Made by a program: the position numbers and the translations under genes. Below the pieces are notes generated by a model. It was not told where the DNA came from, did no database searches, and saw only the letters and a list, made by a program, of their open reading frames with translations. A DNA stretch of 64,000 bases, from positions 310,001 through 374,000 of the forward strand of contig JBEUKZ010000078.1 of assembly GCA_048128005.1 (NCBI GenBank), written 5' to 3'. Positions 51,279 to 64,000 of this stretch are shown in pieces. The DNA is from Veleropilina oligotropha (taxonomy: Eukaryota). Numbering within the stretch: position 1 is the first letter of the stretch; the number at the start of each line of letters is the position of its first letter.

Positions 51279-54200
51279 TAGTGGGGCAGGAATGTGTAAA
51301 ATATCATCAGGATTGTGCATTTTGTGGTAAAAGCACCAACTTTTGAAGGAACATTGCTTGACACCTAATAACATTTTTTAGATATCATGCCAAGCTCAAT
51401 GTTTCCCCTGACGACCATAAATATAACAAATTTCAAGATGGCCACCAACCGATTCTGGAATATCTTCAAAATGTTGTATCTTTGTGAATAAATGTCATAT
51501 AAACATGAATAAAGTATCGTTTTCTATGGTTTTGCACATACTGAATCCACTCCAACCACAGATACATTGAATAAATGCACCAAAACTAGTGTAATGGTCA
51601 TTTTTATGGTTAAATCCAAGATGGCCGCTTAATCCGTTAGTATTTTTTTGATAATTTAACTGGCTTCATATATCTTTACAGGTGACTGAAAATGATAGGT
51701 GTGGTTAATCATGTCATCCAAGAAGAAATGCAAGAGCATTCAAGGTGAACGCCTAAGTTCTTCTGCACCATCACCATACCCAATTGACTGGAGTCTCTGT
51801 GCTTTGTGCCAAGAACAAACTGATATCCCATTAACTTGTCCAGGTAAATCGTTACGTACAGACCTTGGATCAAGTTAATTATGACACTTTGGGAAATAAC
51901 CTGAGTAGATTTCGTGAAATCAACAAACAACCAATTCCAGTAGATTTGAACCGCCTGGATGCCGGTGATAATATTGCGAACACACTTAGCAAAATCAGGC
52001 AAAATGGCGCACATCTTGCCACCTGAAGTGTTCAACCAGCCGTTTAACCCGAATGACGCCAAGAACATCTGCACCAAGTGATGATGGGGAGCAGCCTTAC
52101 ATGCGACAAAGAACGTCTGCTGGAAGTGATGAGCTTGGAACAGACACCATCCCTCTACATGATGCGATGACTCCCCAAATCACTAGTCGTGTCAAGCAAT
52201 GTGCACTAAAAACACAGAATTAAAGTTGATAGCAATGCTTAGTGTTGGTGACCTCGTGGCACTTGAGGCTAAATACTATGCACCATGTCTCATCAAGCTG
52301 TACAATTCCAGTAGCCGAAGATCGAAAAGGACCGAGTGGGGAACACAGATGGGGATGGTCATGGCATAGCCTTGGTAGAACTGATCGGTTACATAGAGGG
52401 TGTGAAGTCGAGCGACGTCTCCAGAGCAAACTGGTTGACCTCCTCCATCTGTCCACTGATCGAATACAGGAGCTGGGTGTTGATGTAGCTGGACGGATTC
52501 ACTCCACACATATGAAAGAGCGAATACTTTTCAATATTTCATGACTTCATGCCTACAAGCAAGGCAGAGATGTCATGCTCATGCAGCTTTGTAGATGATA
52601 TTGGCCACGCATTACGGGATGCGTGTATGGATGACGAGGCCATTTGTCTGGCAAAAGCTGCCAACATCATCCGCCATGAAATTCTGAAGACGCATGCCCA
52701 CTTTGATGGATCATTCCTTAGAGGCTGTGAAGAAGATTCTGTTCCCAAGAACTTGGTGTCTTTGATGAGCATGATAATAGATGGACCGAACATCACCAAG
52801 AAAGAGACACAGGAGGCAAGGTAATCAGCACGGAGTATTGCACAGATGTTGAAGTACAACAGTTATGTGAGATGGCGCGAGGGATCTACTGGAACACACC
52901 GCAATCAAGACCGAGAAACTCCCCTCCCAATCTATATTGGCCTGATGATTCATGGCTATACTCGGAAATGTGAACTTGTGGACAACTCGTATGATCAAGT
53001 ACTTGAAATATCAAAGGACATGGCTTGTGCGGTAAGTCGCCAGTATGAAGTAGATGGAGTTGTCTGCCCTCTTGTGCTGAGAAAAAATATTTTCACCACA
53101 GGCACAGTGGATAATCTGGATCACAATCCAAGTTCGACAACTGCTTGCGCCGCCTTTCACGGAACAGGAATATCACTGTTTCAAAATCGACAAATGGAGT
53201 CTGACGGTATAGAACGATAAAAATTGAAGCTCCTGGAGAAATTGCCTCTCGACAAGCAAATCCCATCACTTCCCGACACGTACACAATTCTTACTCCTGT
53301 GGTGTTGAAAAAAGAGGACCCCACCATCCCAGTTATAGATGGATCCATCAACGTTGATATTCATATTGTTGAAACAGCACTTGAAGAGGATCAAAAGTGG
53401 CAGAGCAGTATAATGAACGAAGGTGTCCAAGCTATCGAAAATCCAATCTCGTGGGCTGTCTTCTATTCACATGCACAACAGGATTCCAACTTTGATGTCA
53501 CTATCACATCTCTACTGCCTATTTTCCACGATGATTCGAAGTCTGTAGCGATGATTAGACATTCGATGGATGTTATGCAAGGTGCGGTTGAATTTCTCAA
53601 TCCTGGGCAGATACCATTGTTCACCGTTGATCAACCTTTGGTTGCCATTGCCAAACAGATCCAATGGCAATGGCCTGATACGTATGGTGAAGACAAATTC
53701 ATCGTTCTACTGGGCGGTTTACATATTGAGGTGGCTGCACTGACAACTCTTGGAGATTTCCTGGACAGCAGTCGTTGGACAAATGCTATCACCCAAGCTG
53801 ATGTTGCTGCAGCCGGACTCGTTTCTGAAGGCTATATACAAACGTGAAGCGAACGAGACATGCATATGATACCAGGTCACACATGCAGTGCGTTGTCAAT
53901 GCTCCTCCATGATGCATACGAGCTACACCATCAAGAAGAACCTGACCCACTACCGATTAAAGACTGGTGCACGAAACAAGCTGAAGCATATCCTCAGTTC
54001 CAGTACTGGCTTCTGGTCATGCAACTCGAGCAGCTCGTTCTCGTGTATGTGAGGTCTCTGAAGGGGGGAAACTTCTCACTCTACCTAGCTTCCATAACTA
54101 CTTTGGTCCCGTGATTATTTGCCCTTGACGGAATTCATTCAATGGATTTTCTCTCCATCAAATATTAGATAATCATGATGATAGGTGCAAGAATGATCAA

Positions 54201-55137
54201 TCTGTAAATATATCGCGTTCTAACTACTGGTTGATTTATGAGGTCAAAGGTCAAGGTCACCAAAGTCAGATAAGTGTAAAATACATAAAGACATATCTCT
54301 GGAGTCGGCCAACCTAGACAGATAAAATTAAGTTTATTCAGAGTGGGCACTGCGGCTCAACTATGCTTCCTTTCGGATGCGCTTGTTTTTTAATGGTTTT
54401 GTTTTACATTTCAACTAGGGTAAATGTATACTAGTGTGGTTTATTTACAATTACGAGACTTATGGGATTGTTATATAATGATATCATCAAGGATCGTATG
54501 CACATGATAACTGCGTTACACTGCATATAAAGTTTCTATGAATTATTAGTTGAGCCGTTTACGGAGAAACTATTGTATTGAGGCTGTCTGTCTGTGTGGT
54601 GGTGGTGTATGTCCGCGATGACTTTACATGGCTCAACTATGCTTCCTCTCGGACGCGCTTGTGTTGGTTTTGTGCATGCATGCAACACTCAATATGAACT
54701 AGAATACAATACATATTACTTTGTGTTTTATAGCTAGAAGACATGTTTGCAAAGATACATGTTACTTTTGTGACAATGTTGGAAAACCGTGAAGTGACCA
54801 TACATTTGGTCGACGACCATTTTGGATGTAACCATAACAATGACCATTACTCTAATTTGGATGCATTTTATCGATTCTATTGTGACAGAAATGAATTCTG
54901 TGTGTATAAAAACATAGAAAACAACACTTCATTCATTTGTGTATCACATATAGTCGCAAAGACACGACATTTTGAAGATATTTTGGCCATCTTGGAATTT
55001 GCTATTTTTGGCAGTCGGGGAAAAAATTGAGCTTGGCATGATATCTAATTTTTTAAATTAGATATTAAGCAATGTTTGTGCAAAATTTGGTGCTTTTACC
55101 ACTAAATGCACAATTATTTCACATATCTGCCCCAATA
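51279..55137 (+). mobile_element. Academ DNA transposon with TIRs and 3-bp TSD, internally deleted
   Basis: Termini tagtggggcag... / ...ctgccccaata, with imperfect TIRs longer than 100 bp; TSD cta at 51276-51278 and 55138-55140. Inserted in a MITE whose empty allele is seen at ~55841-55860. Confidence 0.85.
51720..54130 (+). pseudogene. Academ transposase pseudogene
   Basis: DNLDHNPSSTTACAAFHGTGISLFQ; LNPGQIPLFTVDQPLVAIAKQIQWQWPDTYGEDKFIVLLGGLHIEV; PQFQYWLLVMQLE; many stops and frameshifts. Confidence 0.8.
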
Positions 55138-55559
55138 CTAGGTCAATTGGAAATGAACATGCAACAATTATTAGATTATTGATCTAACTGTTAAATCTAT
55201 GGCTAGCAACAGGTGAACCTCGGTCAGTCCAGGCTCACGGTCCGGTGTATATACGTTAGTAAAGCCAATACAACTACGTACCCATCACGTGTATCTTATC
55301 GCAAGCTGCATTTGCCTTTAGTTGAAATTTTGGGTCGTATAAAGGAAAACCCCAGAATTTGTCCGCCTTGATGGTACTGGTATGTCACAAATTTTGGGTC
55401 TTGGCCCATGGACTAATAGTGCTAATTGTTCTGAGAGCAAACTGCAATAGATATCGGGAAAGGGGGCATAACGTTATCACAGACTTAAGTGACAAAATGG
55501 ATCGATTACTTCCCCATACATATGTATCTGCTATACTATGAAACATCTGATTCTCGATC

Positions 55560-55760
55560 GGGATATGACATTATTTGTTCAGTTATGAATCACAGTTGAT
55601 CGTAACTGGTCGGAGAGGGCGAGTTTCACCGGGCGACCGGGATTTCCACCCGCGATAATACAGCATGTCCTGCTTTGAACCTGATGGTTGTAAACATACA
55701 AGACAATATTCAACGATCCTTACAATTTTACAATGGGCCCCTTCTCCAACAAAGAACAAG
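55560..55760 (+). mobile_element. SINE family A (5'-truncated)
   Basis: gacattatttgttcagttatgaatcac...cgggcgaccgggatttcc...cgcgataata. Confidence 0.65.
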
Positions 55761-55769
55761 AGTGCACAT

Positions 55770-56103
55770 CTTTTCCTTTATACGACCCCAAATTTTAGAA
55801 CGCTATTTTACTTGACGAGCAGAAACCAACGCAACTGTGCTCCAACTAGGTCAATTGGAAATGAACATGCAACAATTATTAGATCAACCCAACATGCTTC
55901 GCATCGCAGCCCAATTTCTGGATCTAACTCAACTGTTAAATCCATGGGGACTAGCAACAGGTGAACCTCGGTCAGTCCAGGCTCACGGGGCGGTCCGGTG
56001 TATATACGTTTGTAAAGCCAATACAACTACGTACCCATCACGCGTATCTTATCGTAAGCTGCATATGCCTTTAGTAGAAATTTGGGGTCGTATAAAGGAA
56101 AAG
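55770..56103. mobile_element. MITE with ~27-bp TIRs
   Basis: cttttcctttatacgaccccaaattt / aaatttggggtcgtataaaggaaaag. A split copy lies at 51080-51278 plus 55138-55350. Confidence 0.8.
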
Positions 56104-56878
56104 AACCAAGAGTGCCAGATCACAATATACGCCCGTCTCAATCTTCTATTCAAGTCATGAGCAAATTGTTTGCAGAATTATGAAGCATTTTCACATGAAC
56201 AAATGTGATGAATGATGGATGAAATTTTCTCGAGTCGTCAACCAGACACTGTAGAAAGTCTATTTTGCACCATTTACATAATTCAAGAGCCATATTACCT
56301 GATAATTTGAACCCCAACCAATTGACCAGAGTGACATTATATACTGAATACAGGCTGCTCTTGTATAATGGCAACATATACTGCCATTTCAAGATACCAT
56401 AATGGGAATAAAGGCAGTTTTCAAAATCAGTTTAATTTCCGATTTTGACTGACCATTAAGCTTAACAGCTTACTGTGCCCATTGGCAGTGAGCAAGTCTT
56501 ACAGATAAGCATATGCCATTTACCATTGTACACGCATAATATTTATAGAATTATACAAAACAAACAAACTTAGTCCTCAAAAATTCTATTTGTAATCAAA
56601 GAAAGAATGTTAATGCATAATGCTCAATACTTCAAGGCATATTCAAACTTCTCAGTTATATTTCAAGGGGGATAATTCTTGATATCGAACTTGTCCTAGA
56701 TATTATCGCTACAAACATCTTTACCATGTTTGGTGAATGATTACAAATTGCTCAAGTTTATATGAAAACGACTAATGATAAAATTAGTAGTAAATATTTA
56801 ATGTAAATAATACTACTAATAGTAATAAAAGATACATGAAAATATATAACGTAACTTATACTTGGGCTTAGGGCTATA

Positions 56879-57788
56879 CTCAGTTGTAGGCATTGCCCGA
56901 AGGGAATATGGGTCTATGTACCGGTTTGTGAGAATTTATTAACCGAGACGAAGTCGAGGTTAATAAATTCTCACAAACGGTACATGGACCCATATTTCAC
57001 GAGGGCTATGCCGACAACGAATTTATTTTACTTCAATAAAATAAAATCATGCCTTTTGAACAAGTTTCTATTCCACCTTCGTTTCTCCGTGAAAGAACCC
57101 ATTTTAAATATTGTCTTGTTGTTACTAAAAAACCGCGTTCCTAAAATTATGATTTCAGCTCTGCCGAAGATCATGTGTAAAACTTCATGTTCAATATAAA
57201 AATATATCTTTCATTATAACTGTGATATTTTAGCAGGATTGGCATGATTATTGAAAAACACAAAAAGTAAGTTTGTGGTAAATACATGCGTACCAATATA
57301 CATTATATATATTTTGAAGATATTCCGACCCCCCATTAGAATGTAATAATAATGCCTAGCAACCGTCACTCCAGGCAGATAAATTAAGAATACTCCGTAC
57401 AGTACGGTAGAGAAATGACGTTTCTCCGCAGGAGAATAATAGGAAGCTGAAGTAAACACTAAAATTAACTACAATTATAAGGATAACTGAATATTTTATT
57501 TTACATGAAAATGTCAAAAGTGTAAACCGTTACGAATATAAAATGAAGTTGATGAATAATTTTCGAAACGATGTACGATTCCATGACTTAACAGTTGTAT
57601 TGATGTTTTGGCAGACGACTTGTTCACAATTATCTCCCTTGTCTTCGAGGGCGCCCCAAATCACAATAGTACACACAACTACGTAAGGTATAAATAATTC
57701 ATATACCCCGCCTGGGTGGGGAATACGGTAATTGTCGAAGGAACGTTAACCAATCAGATTGCAGTATTAAGAGCTAAAGTAAGTTAAT
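56879..57788. mobile_element. Long-hairpin element, copy 2 of 17789-18689
   Basis: Colinear with 17789-18689 over its whole length. Confidence 0.75.
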
Positions 57789-57804
57789 GTGACATGTAGC
57801 ATTG

Positions 57805-58645
57805 GCTACCGTCTGACGACCTCTGTGGAGCAGTACGGGGTACCGAGACCTAGTAGCAGTGAGCTACCGTCCGACGACCTTTGTGGAGCAGTACGTGGTA
57901 CGGAGACCTAGTAGCCGTGAGCTACCGTCTGACGACCTGTGGAGCAGTACGTGGTACCGAGACCTAGTAGCAGTTAGCTACCGTCTGACGACCTCTGTGG
58001 AGCAGTACGTGGTACAGAGACCTAGCAGCAGTGAGCTACCGTCTGACGACCTCTGTGGAGCAGTACGTGGTACCGAGACCTAGTAGCCGTGAGCTACCGT
58101 CTGACGACCTCTGTGGAGCAGTACGTGGTACCGAGACCTAGTAGCCGTGAGCTACCGTCTGACGACCTCTGTGGAGCAGTACGTGGTACCGAGACCTAGT
58201 AGCCGTGAGCTACCGTCTGACGACCTCTGTGGAGCAGTACGTGGTACCGAGACCTAGTAGCAGTGAGCTACCGTCTGACGACCTCTGTGGAGCAGTACGT
58301 GGTACCGAGACCTAGTAGCAGTGAGCTACCGTCTGACGACCTCTGTGGAGCAGTACGTGGTACCGAGACCTAGTAGCAGTGAGCTACCGTCTGACGACCT
58401 CTGTGGAGCAGTACGTGGTACCGAGACCTAGTAGCAGTGAGCTACCGCCCGACGACCTCTGTGGAGCAGTACGTGGTACCGAGACCTAGTAGCCGTGAGC
58501 TACCGTCTGACGACCTCTGTGGAGCAGTACGTGGTACCGAGACCTAGTAGCAGTGAGCTACCGTCTGACGACCTCTGTGGAGCAGTACGTGGTCCCGAGA
58601 CCTAGTAGCCGTGCGCTACCGTCTGACGACCTCTGTGGAGCAGTA
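57805..58645. repeat. 58-bp tandem satellite, ~14.5 copies; degenerate units continue at 58740-58965
   Basis: Unit gctaccgtctgacgacctctgtggagcagtacgtggtaccgagacctagtagc(a/c)gtga; no spacers between units. Confidence 0.95.
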
Positions 58646-59478
58646 TCAGCAAGTAAACATCTATCATGAGCAGTTTAACATATGAAATTTAACTGAAGCA
58701 ATACTATTTGCAAATTGTTTAAGATAGATCATGACAAACTGGGATACCGAGACCGTGTAGCGTAGGTAGCTATTGTCTGACGTCCTCTGCGGCGCAGTAC
58801 GTGGTACTAAGACCGTGTAGCGTAGCTAGCTACTGTCGGACGTCCTCTGCGGAGCAGTACGTGGTACTGAGACAGCAGTTACTACCATCTGACGTCCTCT
58901 GCGGAGCAGTACGTGGTACTGAGACAGCAGTTACTACCATCTGACGACCTCTGCGGAGCAGTAGTACCAGTGAGAATGATCTACCCTCCCTTCAATGCAG
59001 CTCGTTTCCCTTAGTATAGTGAAGGTTTATCGTCATGACAAGTGAGCAGTTTGAAGGGCTATAAGATAAAGAATGTAACAATTCAATAGTATTTACTTGG
59101 GGTAAATTATGCAATGGTCACCTAATACTTGGTGACAATGAATAAAAAGGCCAAAAGAAGATGTACGAAATACAGCTGAGTGACCCCAAGGAATAATATG
59201 TATATGGTAGGTGGCAACTAATATTTAACGAAGTTAAATAATGCAACTGCCAGGTCATAATGGTTTCCGCAATATGACACAATGCCAGCAGGCTATGCCA
59301 TAATATTGGGAATATGTAAAAATTGACCGACGAACTCTGACCAGGGCTCGTAACCACAATGCCATCATGCAGCAACTACTTCATGCATACACCGAGGTTG
59401 CATGATATTCTATACGCGACTACTGCGATGTCAGATATATGGAGGAATGACCGCCTTGAAATAATGTAGCCATAGTGA

Positions 59479-61335
59479 CTAATGCATCATAGCATGCTGT
59501 GCTTGTTGATGAGTTAATTTCGGTGGCCGAATATATCTACAATACGAAACGGCAGACCATCTTCTCAATACCTTTATTAGATGGTCCGCCACGTGAGCGG
59601 ATGCCGCTGAAGTGGCTGCACTTATACTGAATGAATGACCATGATAGTCTGCGGAATTCAGACCAATGACGTCCCAAATATGTCTCAAGGAACGTATGAA
59701 CATATTTCTAGACAAAGGACGCATGGAATGATCTGGAACGAATAATGGTGTCATGTTTGTGTTGAAACTACTATTGGGAGAAGATGACAAATATTGACAA
59801 ATGATTGAATGTGGGCAAATTACACCACCTGATTTGAATAAATGTATATCGATGCCTTTACGAAAAGGATCCGGTTTAGACGCTTTTAGGGGACAAAGTC
59901 GGTAAACATACAAATATCATCAACACACAAATGTACATTATGATCAACAGTAAAATTTACTAAATTCTCCACATCGTAGAAAAGCAAAAAAAGCAACTGT
60001 ACATACAGTCTCCATCATTAGAGTGAAAAACGGTGAAAACAGGCCTTGGCTTAACGCGATACAGATTTGGCACAAAATGTCAAAAGTAATAGGTAGTCTT
60101 TTGAGCGAAGGAGTACTTTGCAATCTCTTAACTCCATGTCATAATATATCGACGTTAGCCTTGGGAATGTTCGAACATCTAAGCACAGTGACAATTTACA
60201 TCGCCTTTGAAGACACATAAAACGTATGCCGCTTAAATAAAGTTTGATTGTGCTGTGGCTGCACTTCAAAGTTGTAAAACAATATCCCATGAACAACAAC
60301 AAAAGGTCTTCATCAATCGGTGGGGTTTGCTGTCGACTCAAATGTGTTAGTATGCCATATAGCAACAGAAATCTCACATAGCATTGAAACCAGTTTCGTA
60401 CGCAAGGCGAGTCCTGGGATCCACTGCAGCATCCCATAGAGTATTTGTTTTGATAACAACTGATCATGTTAAGTAGACGTGTTAATTTTTCCATAGGTAA
60501 TCTGGCTTCCATTTTGTCAGAGTCCAAAATTATACCCAGAAATTCAATAACAGTCGGACCCAGTTTATGTTTAGCCATTGGAACATTCAATTTAGCAAAA
60601 ATCAAATGTAATAAACACATAGTACGATCTGCACAATAATCAGGCCTATCAATTATAAGAAAATCATCTAACAAATGCAAGATATGAGTAATACCATAAT
60701 TGTGTTGCGCTATCCAACAGATAGCAGAAGAAAAACGATCAAACATCTTTGGGCTTGATCTACACCCAAACGCTAGTTTGTTGTAGAAATAATAAGCATC
60801 ATCCAATTTAACACAAAAACAAATGCCACTGAGCAGGCAAAATTGGGATGTTTAAACTCATCAGATATATCCGTTTTGCACAATTGTGAACCTTGACCCA
60901 AAGTTTGCATAATCTCAATACCGTCATCAATACGAACGAACATATGTTAAAGAGAACTCGTCTTTATTAATTAACTCATTTATGCTAGGGTAATCGGCAT
61001 CGTTATGGGGTGCTGACAAATCTACAATGAGGCGTTTTTTCCCAGAGTATTTCCGGGTGGCGACACCTACTGGGCTAACCCTGAACGTTTCAATTGGCGG
61101 TGTCTGCAATGGTCCACATATAAAACCCTTTGTTGCCTCAACAGCAATGAGTTTATCTACAACATCGGGTTCATTAGAAGCAGATTTTAAATTTTTACAC
61201 TCCTTAGACTTAATAACTGTATTACTAACCATAGTATCAAAACCATCAGTTAACTACAGAGAAACGCTCGGATCAGGATGATGCAATAATTCATCCTGCA
61301 AGTTATGAACACAAATAGGTGTATGTGGTAGTGGA
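59479..61335 (-). mobile_element. DIRS/Ngaro-like YR retrotransposon remnant (RT + tyrosine recombinase; RNase H region apparently deleted)
   Basis: RT motifs SPVGVATRKYSGKKRLIVDLSAP, LAFGCRSSPKMFD, HLLDDFL, FLGIILDS; YR motifs LKASKPDPFRKG and GHSFSISAATSAA...LRRWSAVSYCRYIR. Confidence 0.88.
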
Positions 61336-61338
61336 GTC

Positions 61339-61490
61339 AGGACAACTCGTGCCAGAGACAAGTCGCGCCAGGACAAGTCGTGCCTAATATAAGACAGCTT
61401 GTGCCTATGTCGGGACAGCTCGTGCCTCGTTCAAGACAACTCGTGCCTATGTCGGGACAGCTCGTGCCTCGTTCAAGACAACTCGCGTGA
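61339..61490. repeat. Array of acaa(c/g)tcgtgcc motifs, probably a DNA-transposon terminus
   Basis: About 8 short repeats start exactly where the DIRS homology ends. Confidence 0.6.
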
Positions 61491-62092
61491 AGTCAAATAA
61501 AAGTCGTTCCAAATTAAAAAAGTATATCCTTGTAAATTACATTAAGCAATATGAAGTTATAAAGTTAGATGTGATTTTGTGGATAAATAGTATGAATTTA
61601 TAATGAACGATTTTCACGTTAGCGCATTTTATTATCTTGTAAAACCTTATAATATAATGTAGAAACGCAATATGATGTAATATTTCATACTATTTATTAT
61701 TTTAGTTTGTATTAATAGTTACATGATGATATGTTGTTGAAGGAATAAATAATTATTAATAATGCTTTAATTATTGCAAGCAGTAGGCCTATAATATATA
61801 ACCTCAATATATGCTGTAATACTCCAATATTCATTTATTACTTTAGTTTGCATTTCATTTAAATGCATTTTATTACATGAATCAAGATTTACCACTAATA
61901 TTTTTCTTATAATATTACAAATTACAAAGACTAATTCGATTAATGTTAATCAGATTAATCGTATTAGTGCCAAGAAGGGATGAATCGAGAGGATTACAGA
62001 ATAGTGAACACCTACTCGTGAATGACAAGTGACCAATGTTCATCAAAATTTGTATATAACCGTGTTCGCCCCAACAATCATTATTCATTGTA

Positions 62093-62198
62093 ATGGAAAT
62101 CTTTTTGTGCATATCGTGTAAACTGGCAGTCGGACCACGACAGGAGGCTTTTCAGTGTGATGGTTGTTCGGATTGGCAGCATACAAAATGTGGAACAG
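62093..62198 (+). CDS. PHD-finger-like first exon, probably transposon-borne
   Basis: MEIFLCISCKLAVGPRQEAFQCDGCSDWQHTKCGT followed by G|gtaag. The pattern C-x2-C...C-x2-C-x4-H-x2-C gives the first six PHD ligands. Confidence 0.6.
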
Positions 62199-62381
62199 GT
62201 AAGAACATTTTAAAAGTATAAACATGTCCACTCTTGATTAAAAAATGAGTACATTTTAAATACAAAATTAATCACTTTTTATTATAATTACCCAATATTT
62301 TAGGGTTAGAACTGGCCATTAACAGTGTTACGAAAGAATCTATCCAGAAGGAAATCAGTATCTAACTGAAAATATACAATG

Positions 62382-62830
62382 ATGTTATCAGTATTGTGTG
62401 GATTCTGGCTCATCGGAAACCTCGACTGACGTCGTACTTTTTGCGGCGGATTAATCGCGAGAACGAAGTTCGAGCGATTTATCCGCCGTAAAAACTACGA
62501 CGTCACGAGAGGTTTCCGATATGCCAGAATCAACACAATAACTGATAACATTTTTATTATATGCCACAACAAGTTTCTTATTAAATTGAATCGAAAGATT
62601 ATGGTAATTGTAGTCGCGAATCTGTAAGAGAGGTTGAAATAGTATAGGACTATATTGGAAGTAGTTTCTAAGATTTGTCAGCCATTTTGAATATATAAGC
62701 AGGAGACGTTTTCCTGTGAATATATAAGCAGGAGACGTTTTCTGAATCGATATCAGCTGTGTCCGTGATACAGGGTCTCGGAAAACTGCGCGAGAATAGG
62801 CGTCAGAAAACGACTGGCATATAATAAAAA
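62382..62830. mobile_element. Long-hairpin non-autonomous element, third family
   Basis: Inverted arms at 62382-62551 around gcgagaacgaagttcgagc; ttttattatatgcca is complementary to the terminal tggcatataataaaa. Confidence 0.7.
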
Positions 62831-64000
62831 ATGTTATTATAAAATTGTAACTGAGATATATCTAGATTGCGTCACTGTATTTTACCAAATGTAATGCACA
62901 ATATTATTGTACAATCCGATGCTTTTTATTAAAGGTATTGTATTTAAATAACATTGGAAACATGTCTATAATATACTTGTCTATATAAGTTATGGGCCTA
63001 ATAACTTACCTCTTTATGAATTATGATCGACGTCAATGCGCCTGGTTTTCCGGTGTGAGAATGTGGTTTTCCACCAGGTACAAACGTGGCCCCTTTCTGT
63101 TGCACCGTTGCGTAACAGACGGTCGTCTTGTTTCGGACGCTACATATCCAGTAGGCATTCTCGTTCTTCTGTCTCTAAAATATACAAACAGGTAAATTAA
63201 TTGACATACATGTAAACAATCATTCTTCAGCAAAATAATTATGTGTGCGCTTTTGGCATGTTGTATTAATAATTAATTATTAGTTGAGCTGTTTATGGAG
63301 AAACTATTGTATTGAGGCCGTCTGTCTGTCTGGTGGAGGACGGTATATGTCCACGTTGACTATGGCTCAACTATGCTTCCTCTCGGATGCGCTTGTTTAT
63401 TATAGTTATTGTAGCTGGGAAAAGATCATATAACATGTTATCACATGACAAAGCTGTTATGGAACGGTAGAAGACACATGTCATAAGTATGCAAATGAGG
63501 GCGAACATGATGCCATGTCGTTGCATCTGACGCCACGTGCTGTCGAAGCGTGATGCGTCTGAGGCAGGCCGTTTAATGACTGAAATTAATGACAGAAACG
63601 AGTTTAAAAACGTAAAGAAATGAGTTTAAAAACGTAACAAGAAGTGTGGGAGCCACACATTATCCCATCGGATTTGTCATAATTGATGGAGTGTACATTT
63701 TTAAGTTGATAAAGGGGAATAACTGTGCACATACTTGGCGAAATTTTAGTAAAATGTAAAATGACCCCGTGTTTTATTCGAAACACAGTCACAAGATGTG
63801 AACAATATCTGAGGCGAGGTTATGAAGATAATTGACGGTAACTAAATATTAATGTCGAAAAAGAGAAAGATTATATCGAAAAAGGAGGATAACTGTGCAA
63901 ATATTTGGCAGAATAATCTGAAATTCAATAGCAACCTAGTTTATGTCCCAATAAATCTGTATACCAAATTTGAATTCCCTAGCTGTTACGGTTTTCCTTA

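Noticed and set aside
57805..58645. Possible CRISPR array
   Set aside because: Units are contiguous with no unique spacers, no cas genes are present, and the context is eukaryotic.

Overview
AT-rich eukaryotic (animal, probably marine invertebrate) genomic DNA dominated by decayed transposable elements; there are no prokaryotic operons, rRNA/tRNA genes or CRISPR arrays. The main result is a host gene that the ORF track misses because it is split into small exons. It lies on the minus strand as 11 exons with canonical GT-AG introns and matching phases (909 nt, 302 aa). It encodes a divergent C-terminal SH3 domain and a central BH3-like motif (IDETLCNIGDEFD). The gene is present twice (6889-10496 and 32197-35810) within a large diverged tandem segmental duplication, and each copy has a different lesion upstream of an internal Met. 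The rest of the window comprises: two tyrosine-recombinase (DIRS/Ngaro-like) retroelement remnants; CR1/L2-clade LINEs; several Academ (AcademX) DNA transposon remnants, one with TIRs and a 3-bp TSD; a PIF/Harbinger fragment; a multi-copy tRNA-derived SINE with TSDs; Helentron/HINE-like repeats; long-hairpin non-autonomous elements that may be Crypton-like; a PHD-finger exon; and several minisatellites. All alignments and translations were done by eye, and family names are motif-based inferences.
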